From positions 480,001 to 544,000 of the forward strand of contig CAWAGQ010000013.1 in assembly GCA_963781585.1 (NCBI GenBank): a stretch of 64,000 nucleotides of DNA, given 5' to 3'. This DNA comes from an uncultured Gemmatimonadaceae bacterium (GTDB lineage Bacteria; Gemmatimonadota; Gemmatimonadetes; Gemmatimonadales; Gemmatimonadaceae). The notes under the pieces were generated by a model. It had not been told where the DNA came from. It worked only from the letters and a program-made list of their open reading frames with translations, and searched no databases. Numbering within the stretch: position 1 is the first letter of the stretch; every line of letters starts with the position of its first letter. A program made the position numbers and the translations under genes. Shown in pieces: positions 62,055-64,000 of the stretch.

Positions 62055-62903
62055 GTGACCGCACCTAACGAACGCACCAGACCCATCGCCCTCGTCACCG
62101 GCGCCTCCGGCGGCATCGGCCAGGCACTCGCCTCCCAGCTGGCCGCCCGCGGCTACGACCTCGTCCTCGTCGCGCGCCGCGAGGAACGACTCCGCGACCT
62201 GGCCGCATCACTGGCCCGGTCCCACAGCGTGCAGTGCGAAATCGTTGTCGCCGATCTCGCGAAGCATGAACAACGCGAGCGCATCATCCGGGACCTGGAA
62301 CCGCACCGCGACCGCGTCGAAATCCTGATCAACAACGCCGGATTCGGCACCCACGGCTACTTCCGCGAGACGGACCTCGAGCGCGAGCTCGAGCTCATCG
62401 CCGTGAACTGCGACGCTCCGGTCCACCTCGCCAAGCGCATCCTCCCGTGGCTGCTCGCGCGCCGTCGCGGCTTCATCATGAACGTGGGCTCGGTCGCGAG
62501 CTTCACTCCCGGACCGGTGATGGCGCTGTACTACGCATCCAAGGCATTCCTCCTCTCCTTCTCCGAGGCCCTGTGGGAAGAGTGCCGAGCGAGCGGTGTC
62601 GCCGTCACCGCCCTCTGTCCCGGCCCGGTACGCACGGGATTCCAGGAGGCCGCCGGCGTCGTCTCGACCGCGCGATCGAGCATTGCCGCGCCGATGTCGG
62701 CCGATGACGTCGCTGCCTCCGGCCTGTCCGCGATGTTCGCCGGGCGGCGACTGGACGTCCCCGGGGGCGCCAACAAGCTCTCGGTCTCCCTGATGAGGTG
62801 GCTGCCGCGCACGTTCGCCCTCTCCACCGTGCGCAAGTTCCAGGAGGAACGCCGCCGCCAGACCCGGCGCGCGCGCGGACTCCCGGACGACACCAGCGCC
62901 TAA
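62055..62903 (+). CDS. SDR family oxidoreductase
   Basis: TGASGGIG, NNAGFG, YYASK. Confidence 0.92.
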   Translation: MTAPNERTRPIALVTGASGGIGQALASQLAARGYDLVLVARREERLRDLAASLARSHSVQCEIVVADLAKHEQRERIIRDLEPHRDRVEILINNAGFGTHGYFRETDLERELELIAVNCDAPVHLAKRILPWLLARRRGFIMNVGSVASFTPGPVMALYYASKAFLLSFSEALWEECRASGVAVTALCPGPVRTGFQEAAGVVSTARSSIAAPMSADDVAASGLSAMFAGRRLDVPGGANKLSVSLMRWLPRTFALSTVRKFQEERRRQTRRARGLPDDTSA

Positions 62904-64000
62904 CGCGCGCGCTCCCGCACCTCGGCATTCACCCGGAACGCCGGCGCCTCGTAGTCGCTCGGGCGCTGGTCGGCGGGAATGGCGATCGTGTTGCCGTCAC
63001 GTGCCGCCATGTAGTGCGGCGACATGATCTCCACCCCCGCCTTCGCGAACTCATCCTGGATGTTCTGGTGCAGTTCGCCGTAGGTCACCGCCATGCGGCT
63101 CGCCTGGTCGGTATAGGCGTTGATCTCGTACGACACGAAGAAGTCGTTCAGGGCCGTCTGCAGCACGAATGGCGCCGGCTTCTCGAGGATGCTCCTGGTC
63201 CGTGCCGCCGCCGTGATCAGCAGCTCGTGCACGGTGCGCCACGGCGCATCGTAGCCGATCGTGACCGTCGAACAGAGAATGAGACCGTCGTTCTCCGCGC
63301 GCGTCGAATAGTTCACGATGTGGCTGGCCAGCACCGCCGCGTTGGGGATTGTGATCTCCACGTTCTTGATGGTCCGCACCCGCACCACCAGCAGGTTGCT
63401 CTCCACCACGTCGCCTACCGTGTCGGCGATCTTCACGCGATCGCCGGGGCGAAACGGGATCATGTAGGTGAGGACAATGCCGGCGACGATGTTCGCCACC
63501 GCCGACGTCGATCCGAGCGAGAGCAGGACGCCAAAGAAGATCGACACGCCGCGAAACGCCGGTGACTGGGAACCGGGCAGATAGGGAAACGCGATGACCG
63601 TGGCGAACGCCATGATCAGGAAGCGCACGATCTTGTAGGTGGGGTCGGCCCACTCCGCGTGAAAACTGGGGAGATGGATCTCACTCCGCTCCACGGCGTC
63701 GAAGAAGAGCTTCGTAGCGCGCATCACGAATCGGGCGATCACGACGATGATCGCGATGTACAGGACCTTCGGCAGGTAGCCCAGCACCGAGAGCGACGTG
63801 TCGCGCACCGCCGACCACCCGTAGTCGAACATCCGGCCCGCCACGCCCCGCGTCCACGGGAAGAACCCCAGGACCAGCTGCACGTAGATGGCCAGCGCGA
63901 CCAGCATCAGAACCACCCGGAGCGCCCGAACCATCCGAATTGCCGCCGCGGTCAGACGGGCCGCGGAAATGAACTCCACCCGCTGGAACCGCACGCCGCG
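62900..64000 (-). CDS. MscS family mechanosensitive channel (5' part outside window)
   Basis: NIVAGIVL..PFRPGDRVKI, IPNA, TIGYD, GVEIMSP. Confidence 0.9.
   Translation of the reverse strand, partial: RGVRFQRVEFISAARLTAAAIRMVRALRVVLMLVALAIYVQLVLGFFPWTRGVAGRMFDYGWSAVRDTSLSVLGYLPKVLYIAIIVVIARFVMRATKLFFDAVERSEIHLPSFHAEWADPTYKIVRFLIMAFATVIAFPYLPGSQSPAFRGVSIFFGVLLSLGSTSAVANIVAGIVLTYMIPFRPGDRVKIADTVGDVVESNLLVVRVRTIKNVEITIPNAAVLASHIVNYSTRAENDGLILCSTVTIGYDAPWRTVHELLITAAARTRSILEKPAPFVLQTALNDFFVSYEINAYTDQASRMAVTYGELHQNIQDEFAKAGVEIMSPHYMAARDGNTIAIPADQRPSDYEAPAFRVNAEVRERAR

Overview
GC-rich bacterial window. The paralogous Ser/Thr kinases beginning 'RYRIERELGxGGMATVYLAxDLKHxRxVAxKVLKPELAAVLGAERF' suggest Gemmatimonadota (inference). 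Positions 1-36.9 kb hold mixed accessory and housekeeping genes: MFS/OPT/permease transporters, YciI plus ECF sigma, a P-loop kinase-dCMP deaminase fusion beside a nucleotidyltransferase gene pair, a frameshifted GH89, decayed kinase copies, a ClpN-GntR fusion, glycosylasparaginase, uppS and purE. Positions 37.1-47.3 kb carry a complete membrane-bound [NiFe]-hydrogenase and hyp operon. Positions 49.1-60.8 kb carry a complete type I-E CRISPR-Cas system (44 repeats, 43 spacers) next to tRNA-Asn. The main unexplained signals are: (i) a stand-alone ~190-nt transcription unit with a promoter, a 15-nt perfect complement of the 16S rRNA 3' end, a 14-codon ORF and a terminator; (ii) a strongly over-represented 8-mer CGTTAGGC/GCCTAACG that I did not see in the cas genes; (iii) a tRNA-Leu-bodied gene with an Ala (CGC) anticodon upstream of cas3; (iv) spacers resembling tRNA T-arms and a DNA methyltransferase, plus oversized spacers containing repeat fragments. 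All calls were made by eye with no database searches.
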